A DNA stretch of 64,000 nucleotides from Promethearchaeota archaeon (GCA_048937405.1 JBHLNF010000001.1:448001-512000), one strand, 5' to 3'; positions 20,273 to 30,847 are shown, numbered from the stretch's first letter. Made by a program: numbers and translations. Notes: generated by a model from the sequence alone, not told the origin.

Positions 20273-20788
20273 TTAATCTAAGTTAAAAATTCCTGTAAAT
20301 TTAAAAAATTCACTCTCAATATCTATTATAGGTAAATTTAAGATCATTTTACTTTTTAAATTCCCTAAACATATTTTCCCAGAAATCATTTTGATATTTT
20401 CAGAAAGTTGTTCCTCAATGTCATTCAAATTTGATACACATAGTACTGTGGGATTATAAAAATTCCTAAATCCTTCAGTAAATATGATATCTATATTGTA
20501 TGGCCCTTTTTGTAACCATTTTAAAAGTGACTCAAAATTTAAATCATTATTTTCTAAGAAAATAGCTGTGTGGTTATTTATATTTTGAATTACAGAAAAA
20601 GATGCCCCAGCTTCATTGAATTTATATGAATCTTTTCCTTTTTTATCAACTGGGTGATGTTTAACATTTTTTATCACAGCAGTGTTATAATTCAAATTTT
20701 TTTTTAGTGATTTTATTGCATTTACTATAAAACTTGTTTTACCAGAACCAGAATATCCAATAACATCTATTATATGAATGATAATCAC
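20273..20788 (-). CDS. mobB: Molybdopterin-guanine dinucleotide biosynthesis protein B
   Basis: GYSGSGKT, AVIK..H, GKDS, AGA, FTEGF. Confidence 0.9.
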   Translation of the reverse strand: MIIIHIIDVIGYSGSGKTSFIVNAIKSLKKNLNYNTAVIKNVKHHPVDKKGKDSYKFNEAGASFSVIQNINNHTAIFLENNDLNFESLLKWLQKGPYNIDIIFTEGFRNFYNPTVLCVSNLNDIEEQLSENIKMISGKICLGNLKSKMILNLPIIDIESEFFKFTGIFNLD

Positions 20789-20963
20789 ATAAGGTTATTT
20801 TTAATTAAAACTCAGTAACATCCTTCAAAAATTTGTTTTTTGAAATATCTTAAAATCCTTTTCTAATTTTTATCTGTTTTAATAAAAAAAAATTAAATAT
20901 ATCGCAATTTAATATACTTAAATAAGATTATTCTAATATAATCAAAAACTTTTCGTTATCTAG

Positions 20964-22949
20964 ATGCCTAAACAACGAATAATATTTGATGCAAATTTTT
21001 TTATTTGTATGCTTCAAATTAAAGCTCGAAATATTCTAAATAATTTAGGAATAATAGCTCAAGATTTGGGATATGAATATTATATCTCCCAAATTGTTTT
21101 TAATGAAATAAAAGGACCTCATACATATAGAGACAAACTAAAAACCATTCTAAATGTAGAAGAAATTTTAGATAAAGAAATAGATACTGTTAAAATTGCT
21201 TTAAACCGATCTAATGTGAGATTTCCAGCTCAAGATCCTGATTTAACTCTTGTTTGCCTTGGAAAGAAATTATTGGATGAAAATAATACTATACCTGTTC
21301 ACTTAGTAACAGATGATTTTAAATTAGCAAAAAATGCTCAATTACTCTATAAAGGTCAAATTAATATATTATCACTTTCAAGTTTTTTGCTGAAAATACA
21401 AAAATCGACAACTAAATCTCAGATGAGAAAATATTTCAAAGAAATTTGGAAAAGAAGCTTAAATTATACTTTATCATATATGATTGAACGCTCTAAAATA
21501 TATCCTGCTGAACAAAAAATAACTTGGTTAATTGAAAAAGCGATTGCTGTTACAGAAACTTCGATTCTTTCCCAGGATATTGAGCTTGAAAATCCTGAAG
21601 CTGGTGTCAAATTTGAAATTGGGGCTTCAAAGTATTTAGATGAAATAAATATTGCTGAAAAATATATATCAAATGAAAATCTCCCCCAAAGTGAAGAAGA
21701 ACAAATAATAAGAATAACAAAATTCTTAGAAAATTTAAAGATTTCAAGAGAGTATGTAATTAGAGCTAGAGAGGCGATAATAAAAAGTGACCCTAAAAAT
21801 GCTATAAAATATCTTAAAACTGGCAATGGATTTTTAGTATCATTACTTCAAGTTGCTTCAGGTCAGTTGACAAATATCAGGGACTATGAAATTGTAGAAC
21901 AGTTAATTTGTTCTGAAATAAGTAAAATGGAATTCTTACGGTCATTTTTATTAGTTTCTCTTGGTCGAATTAATATAGCTATAGATTCTCTTGAAAGAGC
22001 TGCTCTATTTTCAATAATAATACATAACTACAAAACATGTTTAACTCTAAATTATGTCAAGGCTTTGATATATTTATTTCATGGACTTTATGATAATGCT
22101 ATCAAGCAGTATAATTTTACTGAAGAATTAGCTGATATTTATGAAGATGATAAATTAAGACTTAAATCATTAATTGGAAAAGCTATTGCAATCTATATTC
22201 AAGGTGATGATAAGGAAACAGCCGAAAGTATTATGGAAGAAATTTCAAAAATTGACTTAGATGAAAACTTTCTTGATGCGATAATTGTATTTAGTGAATT
22301 AGGAGATTACTTTTTAGCATTAGGACATTCTCAGATTGCAGTAAATCTTTATAATCAAGCATTGGAAATCTCAATTGATTATAAACTAACATTCAAAAGT
22401 GAAACTCTAATCGAAAAATTAAAAAGATCATATATTGCAACAGTATTAGCTGGTTATTCTGCTGAAGATATGGTTGAAAAATTAGATCATCTACTAGATA
22501 AAGCTTATTCAATTAAAGATGTTGAAAAGTATAACGAACAAATTAAAAAGATCTCAAGCTTTAATCTATTGTTTTATACACCTTTTCCATATCTTACAGG
22601 TAAAAATAAAATAATTCCTTTCTCAAAACTTCCAAAAGAATTTAAAGAGGATTACTTAGAAGTTGTATATTTTGAAAAGTCTAAAAAAGTTCAGGATCAG
22701 ATTCTTTTTATTGTCTCCCATTACGAATTAGGTTTACTAGGAATTAAATTAAAAACAAGTGAAAATGTAACAGGGATTGCAGAAAATTATTCTCTCAAAA
22801 TCAAATCTACTGCTGGGGTAAAAATTTATGAACCTGATGAAGATCTAAAAAATAGTTTTTTAATTAGAGCATTAATAGAGACTACAAAAAAAGATGATGT
22901 CAAAATAATTTACACTCTGCCATCTTTTTTTAAACAATTGAATTTATAA
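20964..22949 (+). CDS. PIN-domain plus TPR protein
   Basis: IIFDANFF...EI...QDPD...LVTDDF PIN acidic motifs, followed by TPR-like helices. Confidence 0.75.
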   Translation: MPKQRIIFDANFFICMLQIKARNILNNLGIIAQDLGYEYYISQIVFNEIKGPHTYRDKLKTILNVEEILDKEIDTVKIALNRSNVRFPAQDPDLTLVCLGKKLLDENNTIPVHLVTDDFKLAKNAQLLYKGQINILSLSSFLLKIQKSTTKSQMRKYFKEIWKRSLNYTLSYMIERSKIYPAEQKITWLIEKAIAVTETSILSQDIELENPEAGVKFEIGASKYLDEINIAEKYISNENLPQSEEEQIIRITKFLENLKISREYVIRAREAIIKSDPKNAIKYLKTGNGFLVSLLQVASGQLTNIRDYEIVEQLICSEISKMEFLRSFLLVSLGRINIAIDSLERAALFSIIIHNYKTCLTLNYVKALIYLFHGLYDNAIKQYNFTEELADIYEDDKLRLKSLIGKAIAIYIQGDDKETAESIMEEISKIDLDENFLDAIIVFSELGDYFLALGHSQIAVNLYNQALEISIDYKLTFKSETLIEKLKRSYIATVLAGYSAEDMVEKLDHLLDKAYSIKDVEKYNEQIKKISSFNLLFYTPFPYLTGKNKIIPFSKLPKEFKEDYLEVVYFEKSKKVQDQILFIVSHYELGLLGIKLKTSENVTGIAENYSLKIKSTAGVKIYEPDEDLKNSFLIRALIETTKKDDVKIIYTLPSFFKQLNL

Positions 22950-22993
22950 TCACTAATTTTTATGTAAAATAATAGATTAAGAATTTATATATA

Positions 22994-23266
22994 TTATTCC
23001 CTTCTTAAACTCTTATCCCGTTGACTAATTTGATGAGAATGCACTGCACAACTTATGCAGTAATATTTGGTTTTACTTGGTGTTTGAATTATAGTACCTG
23101 CCTTTTTTAATTCAGTATACATTCGCCCATCAACAAGAGATACTCTTCGTGTCACAGCTTTAGCTTTACTTCTAGCAACAAACCTTCCACATTTACTACA
23201 TTGAACTCTAGCATAGTGTCCTTTACTAGAACCACTTCTGCCGCCACTTTTTCTTTTTTTTGGAAT
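22994..23266 (-). CDS. rps26e: Ribosomal protein S26e (apparent AUU start)
   Basis: Hand-translated (I/M)PKKRKSGGRS...VQCSKCGRFV...YYCISCAVHS. No in-frame ATG/GTG/TTG lies between the N-terminus and the upstream TAG. Confidence 0.92.
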   Translation of the reverse strand: MPKKRKSGGRSGSSKGHYARVQCSKCGRFVARSKAKAVTRRVSLVDGRMYTELKKAGTIIQTPSKTKYYCISCAVHSHQISQRDKSLRRE

Positions 23267-23399
23267 AAAAATCAGCTAATCTTAATTTATCTTATTTACC
23301 TTTACAGTATTAACTAATAGAATAGTTTAAAACTTAAATAATTTATCTTTCATTGAAATAATGATATAAATAATTAGTTAATCGAGTCTAAAAAATAAA

Positions 23400-24122
23400 C
23401 TAATTTAGATTCTCTTGATTAATAGTAGGATTTCTTAAAGCTCTGAAGGCATAACACAATCTTTGTAGAACAGTATAAATTAAAGTAAAAGTGTAAATAA
23501 CAATGCCTACAAGAAAAACTAGAGTAACAGGGATCCTGGTAATAAATGGAATGAAAATTGTTAACGGATCTCCAAATATAATTAATGTTGAAAAATATAC
23601 TATCAATTCTATTATTATAGTAAAAAGTAAAAATAAAATTCTTTCGGCTCGTTCCATAAATCCAATACCTTTCATATTTACACCTTCAGTTTCTGCTCTT
23701 GAACGAATATATGAGATCATGATAGCTAAAAACAAAAGTGTATAACCTAATAAATACTGCACTAAACCTCCATATATTAAACCTAATATAAGTATTGCAT
23801 CTGATAACCTATCCAGATTTGAATCAAGGAATGCCCCAGTTTGGGTTTCATTTCCTGTTCTTCTAGCTACTTCTCCGTCAAATAAATCAAAAGCACCTGC
23901 TATTCCTAAAATGCATGGAATTATCCATGAAAGCCATAGTGAAAAATATAATCCAAATAATGCTATAATTAGTGAACCTACAGTTGTGCATATAAATCCT
24001 ATAATAGAAATCTTATTTGGAGTAAAATTATGCTTAATTAAATACTCTACTGGACGATCTATAAATCTATTTGAGATTTCCCTCTGTCTTGCTCTTTTCT
24101 TTGTATCAATTTTCTTTTTCAA
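23400..24122 (-). CDS. CDP-alcohol phosphatidyltransferase (archaetidylinositol phosphate synthase-like)
   Basis: TPN, DLFDGEVAR, GAFLDSNLDRLSD, SYIRSRAE, ERAER. Confidence 0.9.
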   Translation of the reverse strand: MKKKIDTKKRARQREISNRFIDRPVEYLIKHNFTPNKISIIGFICTTVGSLIIALFGLYFSLWLSWIIPCILGIAGAFDLFDGEVARRTGNETQTGAFLDSNLDRLSDAILILGLIYGGLVQYLLGYTLLFLAIMISYIRSRAETEGVNMKGIGFMERAERILFLLFTIIIELIVYFSTLIIFGDPLTIFIPFITRIPVTLVFLVGIVIYTFTLIYTVLQRLCYAFRALRNPTINQENLN

Positions 24123-24194
24123 TTTCTTTTAAAATATCTGTGATCTAATAATTTCGATTATTATTTTTAAAATTATATTATAATAAAAAATTTA

Positions 24195-24791
24195 TTATAA
24201 AGCTAATAAGTATAATTTCAATAATCGTATGACTGAGGACGCTAGATATGATTGTTTTCCAATACATATCTTTGGAATATTTAATGTGGATAATTCCTTT
24301 GAGTAAATATATTCGTCCTCTTGACTTCCAATTATAAAGAGGATATTTTTTTTTTCTTTAATAGTACCCAATATCTTAAAAAAATCTCGACCTTGTTCAG
24401 ACAAGATATATATATCATAATTTGACTCTTGAAAATAACTTACTGCTTCTATTAAATTCATTTTTGAATTTCTAATCGCGTGTAGCGGATTAAGGTGCAA
24501 ATCTTCATTAATCTGAAATTTTCGAAGAAAATCAACGAAATAATCAGAAAAAAGGATTTCATTTTTAGGAAAAAAATCATAATCAAAAAATTTTGAATTA
24601 AAAAAAAAAGTACCATAATGATCGAAAAATATCCATATCTGAATATTTCTTTCAAAAGAATCCTTCCTTAGCAATGCTGCCAAAATGCATCGTGAAATTA
24701 CATCTAATCTTCCTGAGGTTCCTGGAATATCTTTGATATTATAATTATCAATGTTTACTGTTTTAGAATTGATAAAGAAAACAATATTCAT
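24195..24791 (-). CDS. trmY: tRNA (pseudouridine54-N1)-methyltransferase, SPOUT
   Basis: DIPGTSGRLDVISRC, PKNE, LSEQG, IGKQSYLAS. Confidence 0.8.
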   Translation of the reverse strand: MNIVFFINSKTVNIDNYNIKDIPGTSGRLDVISRCILAALLRKDSFERNIQIWIFFDHYGTFFFNSKFFDYDFFPKNEILFSDYFVDFLRKFQINEDLHLNPLHAIRNSKMNLIEAVSYFQESNYDIYILSEQGRDFFKILGTIKEKKNILFIIGSQEDEYIYSKELSTLNIPKICIGKQSYLASSVIRLLKLYLLAL

Positions 24792-24973
24792 AGCATTAGC
24801 AATTTATCTAATATATAGGAGAAACGATTTTTTTATTAAAAGTATTATAATAAGTTTTGATAATCATAACTTTTAGTGTATTCTTATTCAAGAAATTTGG
24901 AAAAAAAAAGATATTTGTATGAATTTCTAATCTTTTCCTTTTATTTTAATTTACAGTTTAAAAAATAAATTTT

Positions 24974-25978
24974 TTATATATTATTATTGTTGTTATTAAT
25001 GGAATTCTTTTTTTTGTATCTAATAATTAGATAGAATACAGAACACATAATAATAACAGATATTGCGATACCCAAAATTGCAGCACCATATTCACTAGTT
25101 ATCCAGCTAAATATAGGTTCCCAGGGAGATACTAAATTCTCAAGCCAAGATTCACCATTTTGATCTATCAATACACGTTCTAACCCATCTGGGCCATCCG
25201 ATAAAATTCCAATTGTAAATCCAACCGCTATCATTAAAATTAATGCAATAGAAACTATGAATATTGTAATTATCGGTTTCTTATATTTGGAAATATTTAT
25301 TGTTATTACTTTTTCCATCATAATAGACTCAGTCATAATTATTTCTGGTTTAACTCTATAAATGTATAAAATAATTAAAGCAGAAATAACCGCTTCACCA
25401 ATACCTATTAAAAGATGCCAATAGACCATAGCAGGGATAGCAATTTGAAATGGAACTGCACCTGAAATACTGATTTCAATCCCACAAATAAAAGAGGCTA
25501 ATACAATAGAAATATATGATCCAATAGCTGTTCCAATCGTTACTGCCAATTCTTTCTTAATAGATGTTTTGTTTAAGATTTTTACTATAAATACTACAAT
25601 ATAGAATCCAAAAATTCCCCCAATTATTCCCATATTGAAAGCATTTGGGCCTAAAGCTAATATTCCTCCATCTCCAAACAAACTTTGAACAACTAAAACT
25701 AAAAAAAGAATGATAACTGATGCCCATGGACCTAATATAATTGCAACAAGGGTTCCTCCTATTAAATGACCAGAAGTTCCTCCAGGAACAGGATAATTTA
25801 CAAATTGAAATGCAAATATTACAGCGGCTAAAACTCCAATATATGGAACTAATTTGTCAGAATCCTCTTTCTCAAAAAGTTTTCCCATCTTAAAATATCC
25901 AAGAATCATAACAACTATGACTACAATCCAAAGGACAATAATAGTGGCGGGATCCAATAATCCATCTGGTATATGCAT
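24974..25978 (-). CDS. cbiM: ECF Co/Ni transporter substrate component CbiM/NikM fused to PDGLE (NikN-like) domain
   Basis: MHIPDG N-terminus, GTSGHL, GDGG, GEA, PDGLE. Confidence 0.92.
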   Translation of the reverse strand: MHIPDGLLDPATIIVLWIVVIVVMILGYFKMGKLFEKEDSDKLVPYIGVLAAVIFAFQFVNYPVPGGTSGHLIGGTLVAIILGPWASVIILFLVLVVQSLFGDGGILALGPNAFNMGIIGGIFGFYIVVFIVKILNKTSIKKELAVTIGTAIGSYISIVLASFICGIEISISGAVPFQIAIPAMVYWHLLIGIGEAVISALIILYIYRVKPEIIMTESIMMEKVITINISKYKKPIITIFIVSIALILMIAVGFTIGILSDGPDGLERVLIDQNGESWLENLVSPWEPIFSWITSEYGAAILGIAISVIIMCSVFYLIIRYKKKNSINNNNNNI

Positions 25979-26116
25979 TTTTAAAAAATATAGGTTAATT
26001 TTATTTGTTATGTATTATTAAAATGTTACTATATTATAAAAAAGTATGAATAAATAAAAATATTACTTTTTTAAAATTAGTATGGCTTTCTAAAAATTAC
26101 TCCGACTGATTGAATT

Positions 26117-26914
26117 TTGAGAACTACATTACCTTTTAGACTGGAGAATGAAAGACTTTATTTAAGAAAAATTCATCCTTTAATTCGTTTAATTATACCA
26201 TTTATTCTGGTAGTATCTTTTTTAGTTTTGGAAGACTTTTATCTAACAATAACAATTTTATTTCTTACATTAATTATTGATCTACTCCTCCGAGTAGATT
26301 TTATAACAATATTTTCAAGATTAAAAATTGTTATCCCATTTGTTTTTTTAATAACAATATTTATTCCATTTTATGTTGGTGAAACGGTATATTATAGATT
26401 CAATTTTGGAATTACAATCTATCAAGAAGGATTAAATCTTGCTTTTCTTATATTACTTCGAATATTTGGTGCTCTATTTATTTTCATGTCGTTTTTCTCA
26501 ACTTTAACATATTCAGAATTTATAAGTGCCTTAACAAAATTAAGAATACCCTCAATGTTAATAGGATCTTTAATAATTATGCTACATTATATCCCGATCC
26601 TTGCCACTTCTAATAAAAAGATACTTGAAGCGCAAGAAATGAGAGGCAAAAAAATTAGCACATATTGGCAAAATTTAAAGACACATGCTTATATTTTGGG
26701 CAAGAGTATCATAATGAATATGGAAAGAAGTGAAAAACTGTATGAAAGTCTAAAAATGCGAGGTTTTTCTGGTAAAATTTCATTTGCTCCAATCAAATTG
26801 AAAGCATCTGATATTGGGATTTTGATTTTATTCATATTTATAATCGTTAATTTTGTTTTTATAATTGATTTGGAATTAATTTATCGAGGTATATTCAAAT
26901 TAATTATGCCGTAG
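26117..26914 (+). CDS. cbiQ: ECF transporter T component CbiQ/NikQ
   Basis: IHP, AQEMRG, ERSE..YESLKMRGF. Confidence 0.88.
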   Translation: MRTTLPFRLENERLYLRKIHPLIRLIIPFILVVSFLVLEDFYLTITILFLTLIIDLLLRVDFITIFSRLKIVIPFVFLITIFIPFYVGETVYYRFNFGITIYQEGLNLAFLILLRIFGALFIFMSFFSTLTYSEFISALTKLRIPSMLIGSLIIMLHYIPILATSNKKILEAQEMRGKKISTYWQNLKTHAYILGKSIIMNMERSEKLYESLKMRGFSGKISFAPIKLKASDIGILILFIFIIVNFVFIIDLELIYRGIFKLIMP

Positions 26915-27651
26915 AAGTAGAGGATTTGAATTTTAATTATAATTCTGGTTTTAAAATACAGAATATATCATTTAAACTAGAGGAAAAAGTAATATGTGGA
27001 CTTACGGGAAATAATGGTTCAGGTAAAACCACACTATTGAGACTGTTAGTTGGATTATTAAAACCTAAATCAGGTAATATTAAGATTTTCAATGATCCAC
27101 TTACAAGAAATAAACAGGAATTATGGGAGATTAGGAAATCAATTGGATTTTTATTCCAAAATCCTGATGATCAATTATTTGCCCCCACTATTGAAGAAGA
27201 TATTAGTTTTGGACCAAGGAACTTAAAACTTGATGAGGAAGAGGTAAAATTAAGAGTAGATTGGGCTTTAGATGCTGTAAACTTATCTGAGTTTAGAACT
27301 TATTCACCTTTTAATCTTTCTTGGGGACAAAAAAAAAGAGCCGCTTTAGCAGGGTTATTAGCAATGAAACCTAAATTACTAATTTTAGATGAACCTTTTG
27401 CAAATTTAGATTTTAAATCAATCTACAATCATCTTGTAATTTTAGAAAAATTGCGAAAAGAAAATGAGATTACTATCTTTTTCACCTCTCACAATTTGTT
27501 TTTTGTTGAACACTGGGCGAAAAAAATGTTATTTTTGGAAAAGGGAAGGATTCTTTTTGATGGGAAATCTAATGAAGGATTAAGAAATTCCGATGTTAAG
27601 CAATTGTTAGGCTCATATGATGATATTTTAGCTCTAATAAAAAAAGAATAA
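26899..27651 (+). CDS. cbiO: ECF transporter ATPase CbiO/NikO
   Basis: GNNGSGKT, FQNPDDQLF, LSWGQKKR, LDEP. The N-terminus (I/M)NYAVEVEDLNF starts at ATT 26899, 8 nt after GAGGT. Confidence 0.92.
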   Translation: MNYAVEVEDLNFNYNSGFKIQNISFKLEEKVICGLTGNNGSGKTTLLRLLVGLLKPKSGNIKIFNDPLTRNKQELWEIRKSIGFLFQNPDDQLFAPTIEEDISFGPRNLKLDEEEVKLRVDWALDAVNLSEFRTYSPFNLSWGQKKRAALAGLLAMKPKLLILDEPFANLDFKSIYNHLVILEKLRKENEITIFFTSHNLFFVEHWAKKMLFLEKGRILFDGKSNEGLRNSDVKQLLGSYDDILALIKKE

Positions 27652-27737
27652 TTAGTCTATTCAATCACATCCTTTTCTATTAAATTAATTTTAAATTTGC
27701 TAAATTTATATTTAAATAAAATTTAATCTAAAATTTC

Positions 27738-28235
27738 ATGCTTCTCACACTTACCTATTTTCATCAAATCAAAGGTCCAAATGTATTGATATCTTATCCT
27801 GATGTTAAATTAGAAGAAGATATTGTAAGTAGACTTCTTAAATTCTTTGATCTTGAAATTGAAGAAACTTTTTTTGAAATTGTACTAATAACAAAAAAAA
27901 AGAAAATTATCAATTTTCATTTTGAAATTCCATCTGAATGGGCACGAGGGAAGAAAGAATTTGCTATGCTCTCGTTGATAATGAAAAGAGAATATGAAAG
28001 CGAACTACTTTATGCCTTTATAGTAGACGCTTCTTACAAAATTCTTAAAACTAAAAATGTTTATAAGGCTCTTTATAAAGATGATGATTTTCGTAATAGT
28101 AATGATCTAGAAATCGATATTGCCTATGAACAAATAAGAAAAATCCTTTTTGACTGCTTAAATAGTTTAATTTCGAGAATAGAAGATAAAATTAAAGGTG
28201 TGAATAAAAAAGATCCTTTTCCATTCTCTAAATAA
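27738..28235 (+). CDS. uDENN/longin-like protein (folliculin/SMCR8-type motifs)
   Basis: YFHQIKGP..L..YP and FEIPSEWARG....LSLI. Confidence 0.6.
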   Translation: MLLTLTYFHQIKGPNVLISYPDVKLEEDIVSRLLKFFDLEIEETFFEIVLITKKKKIINFHFEIPSEWARGKKEFAMLSLIMKREYESELLYAFIVDASYKILKTKNVYKALYKDDDFRNSNDLEIDIAYEQIRKILFDCLNSLISRIEDKIKGVNKKDPFPFSK

Positions 28236-28269
28236 CAAAAATATTTTTAATTTAATTTTTCTATTATTA

Positions 28270-28520
28270 TATTGGGACTACGATGAAGGATTAATAGCGT
28301 CATCGAGGGCACATATGATGATCTATGATTATGTAGCGCAAGAGTACGCTTACACTTGAGTTGTTTAATCAGAAACATTCCTGAACAAATGGGCTCTTAT
28401 CCTAGCAATGGTATATCCCAATAGCAATGAAGTTAGAGTCAGTACCCAGACAGGATACATGATTATATCCCAAAAAGGCATAAAAATTAAACGCCTAGCA
28501 CGAGAGAACTATTTTGATTT
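28270..28520 (+). ncRNA. Candidate structured non-coding RNA, family unassigned
   Basis: About 40% GC by hand count over 28272-28470, in an AT-rich background. No substantial ORF; several hairpins and a C/D K-loop-like motif. Strand uncertain. Confidence 0.5.
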
Positions 28521-28587
28521 TATGGAAAATCCATTAAATGAGAAGAAAGAGTTAGTGTTTTAGGCAACAATAATATGCTGATTTTAT

Positions 28588-29058
28588 TTAAAGCATACCT
28601 ATAGAATCAGATTTGAATAATTCCTTCATTTCTTTTCCAAGTTCTGCTTGATCTGTATGCAAATATCTTTCTAAGATGGTTTCAAGCATTGGACCCCATT
28701 TTTTCATAGTAGCTCTTATAAATCCAATTTGTGCATTTTTATCCGTAACAATACACAAAACACCATCTCCTACTTTCATTGAAAATATCATTCCTTCAAG
28801 ATATTCTGTTATCTGAAGATCAATAGAACCATAACCTAAAATTTGTCCTTGTTCCTCACCAGCAACGAAAACAGCACCCCCTATTGCACCAATCTTCTCT
28901 ACAGAAATTCCATCATTATCAGAAAATTTGAATTTGGATTGACTTAAGATAGTTATTCCTGTATCATCGGTTAAAAGAGCATACTTTAATCCCGGAGCAC
29001 TATTGATAATGGTAGTTAAGATCTTTTTTAATCTAATCTCGTCTTCGGAATAATTCAA
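28588..29058 (-). CDS. Roadblock/LC7 domain protein
   Basis: PGLKYALLTDDTG, KIGAIGGAVF, QITEY..G, IGFIR. Confidence 0.85.
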   Translation of the reverse strand: MNYSEDEIRLKKILTTIINSAPGLKYALLTDDTGITILSQSKFKFSDNDGISVEKIGAIGGAVFVAGEEQGQILGYGSIDLQITEYLEGMIFSMKVGDGVLCIVTDKNAQIGFIRATMKKWGPMLETILERYLHTDQAELGKEMKELFKSDSIGML

Positions 29059-29266
29059 ATATGTGTCAACCCAATATTTAATTCTCTTCTTTATTCAGTT
29101 TCTATAAGATTAAAATATATTTATTTAAACTTATCTTAATATTTTTACCTTAAATCTTCTTTAGATAAAGAAGAAATTTTAGATATAAAAATTTAAGTTA
29201 ACTATTGAATTTTCTACGGAATGTGATAAAAACTAATTTTTTATCTAAGATCATTGAATCTATTTT

Positions 29267-29644
29267 TTAAAATAGTTCCTGCGATTTAAGTAATGTTTTT
29301 AATGGCTTTAAACGACTCTTATTTTCCTTAGACTTTTCTAATAAAATCATTAACTTGTAATTTTTTGCTTTATCTAAATCTCGTTTAATTTTGACAAGTT
29401 GAGAATCTTCGATGAAATTTCGATCCTTGGTAATTGCAGACAAGGCTAATGTATTTTCAAGAAGCCATAACTTTTTCGATATTTTAGAAGCTACCGGAAA
29501 ACCATGCCTATCAGTTATTATTCCAGCAACAAAATTAGGAAAGTTTTTTTCTATTCTGTATAAAAAATACTTAACCTCATTCTCATTTATTAGATTATTC
29601 AATATTACTACACCTAATCCATCAAATTGATCTAATATGATCAA
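29267..29644 (-). CDS. Short roadblock-like protein
   Basis: AGIITDRHGFPVAS roadblock-type N-terminal motif. Confidence 0.55.
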   Translation of the reverse strand: MIILDQFDGLGVVILNNLINENEVKYFLYRIEKNFPNFVAGIITDRHGFPVASKISKKLWLLENTLALSAITKDRNFIEDSQLVKIKRDLDKAKNYKLMILLEKSKENKSRLKPLKTLLKSQELF

Positions 29645-29819
29645 GTTGCCTAATTATCATTAAATGTTATAATATGGAGATAATATCATTATTCAATCAA
29701 AAAAAGCCTGAAGCATAGTAAAATAAGAGATTACATATATGATATGAGGATATTATAGAAATTAACCAATATTTTATGATATGTTATTCTTCATAAAAGT
29801 GATGACTTTTTTCCATGAG

Positions 29820-30773
29820 TTATTTATTTTGGGATTTTTTTAATGATATCCCAAGCTTAAGATTTTCTACAAGTTCACTGAAACGATTGCGAACTGTTAC
29901 TTCAGTTACACAACTGATACAAGCTATTTTTCTTTGAGTTCTTCGTTCTTTGGTTAAAATACATGAAGCATAAATCGCAGCTGCACAGACTCCTGTAGGA
30001 CCTCTCCCCGAAGTTAAACCACGTTCTTCTGCCATTCTAATAATTTGTTTTGCTATTTTTTGACATTTTGGAGGTAATTTTAACTCTGAAGTAAATCTTG
30101 TGAGATAATCTATAGGTCTAGTAGGATTTAATTCAAGTGATAATTCATGAGAAATAAACCTAAAAGAACGACCAATTTCTTTCTTGTCAACACGAGCTAC
30201 TTCAGCTATTTCATTTAAAGTCCGTGGAATTTTGAACATTCTGCAAGCTGCATATAAACTTGCAGCAGCTACACCTTCTATACTTCTACCACGAATCAAA
30301 TGGGCTTCAACAGCATCTCGATATATTTTAGCAGAACATTCTCGTAAATTTTTTTGGAGATCTAAATTGGAGGCCATTCTATCAAGTTCACTTAACGCAA
30401 ATGTGAGATTTCTTTCAGTTGCATCAGATACTCTAATACGACTTTGCCATTTACGCAATCTATAGATCTGTCCTCTTAATTTAGCAGGGATTTCTTTGCC
30501 AAAAATATCTCTATTTTTCCAATCTATCATTGTACTAAGCCCTTTATCGTGTATCATATAAGTCATTGGAGCACCAGTCCTTGTTCTCCTCTTTTTCTGA
30601 TCTGCATCAAATGCTCTCCATTCTGGTCCACAATCGATATGTTTTTCTGAATGAACTAAACCACACTTTTCACAGACTATTAATCCTCTATTTTCATCAA
30701 AAAATATATTTTCTCCGCATTCAGTACAAATATCACTTCCAGAAGATAAGCTTTCTTCTGCTTCTGATTTCAT
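29820..30773 (-). CDS. tfb: Transcription initiation factor IIB
   Basis: CTECG/CEKCG Zn ribbon, [33 protein letters not shown]. Confidence 0.97.
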   Translation of the reverse strand: MKSEAEESLSSGSDICTECGENIFFDENRGLIVCEKCGLVHSEKHIDCGPEWRAFDADQKKRRTRTGAPMTYMIHDKGLSTMIDWKNRDIFGKEIPAKLRGQIYRLRKWQSRIRVSDATERNLTFALSELDRMASNLDLQKNLRECSAKIYRDAVEAHLIRGRSIEGVAAASLYAACRMFKIPRTLNEIAEVARVDKKEIGRSFRFISHELSLELNPTRPIDYLTRFTSELKLPPKCQKIAKQIIRMAEERGLTSGRGPTGVCAAAIYASCILTKERRTQRKIACISCVTEVTVRNRFSELVENLKLGISLKKSQNK

Positions 30774-30847
30774 TTCTTTCCAGTTTGAAATAAAAACACC
30801 TTTTTTTAAGAAATATATTCTTACTTTAAAAATATTTTTTAAGAAAC

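Noticed and set aside
25979-26116. NikR-like operator between cbiM and cbiQ
   Set aside because: Half-sites (GTATTA, TGTTAC, GTATGA, TATTAC) are present, but the spacing is inconsistent and chance matches are likely in AT-rich DNA.
28270-28520. Assignment as SRP RNA, RNase P RNA, 5S rRNA, tmRNA or group I intron
   Set aside because: Only fragmentary resemblances. The SRP helix 8 GNRA motif, RNase P P4 and group I P7 pairings could not be built.
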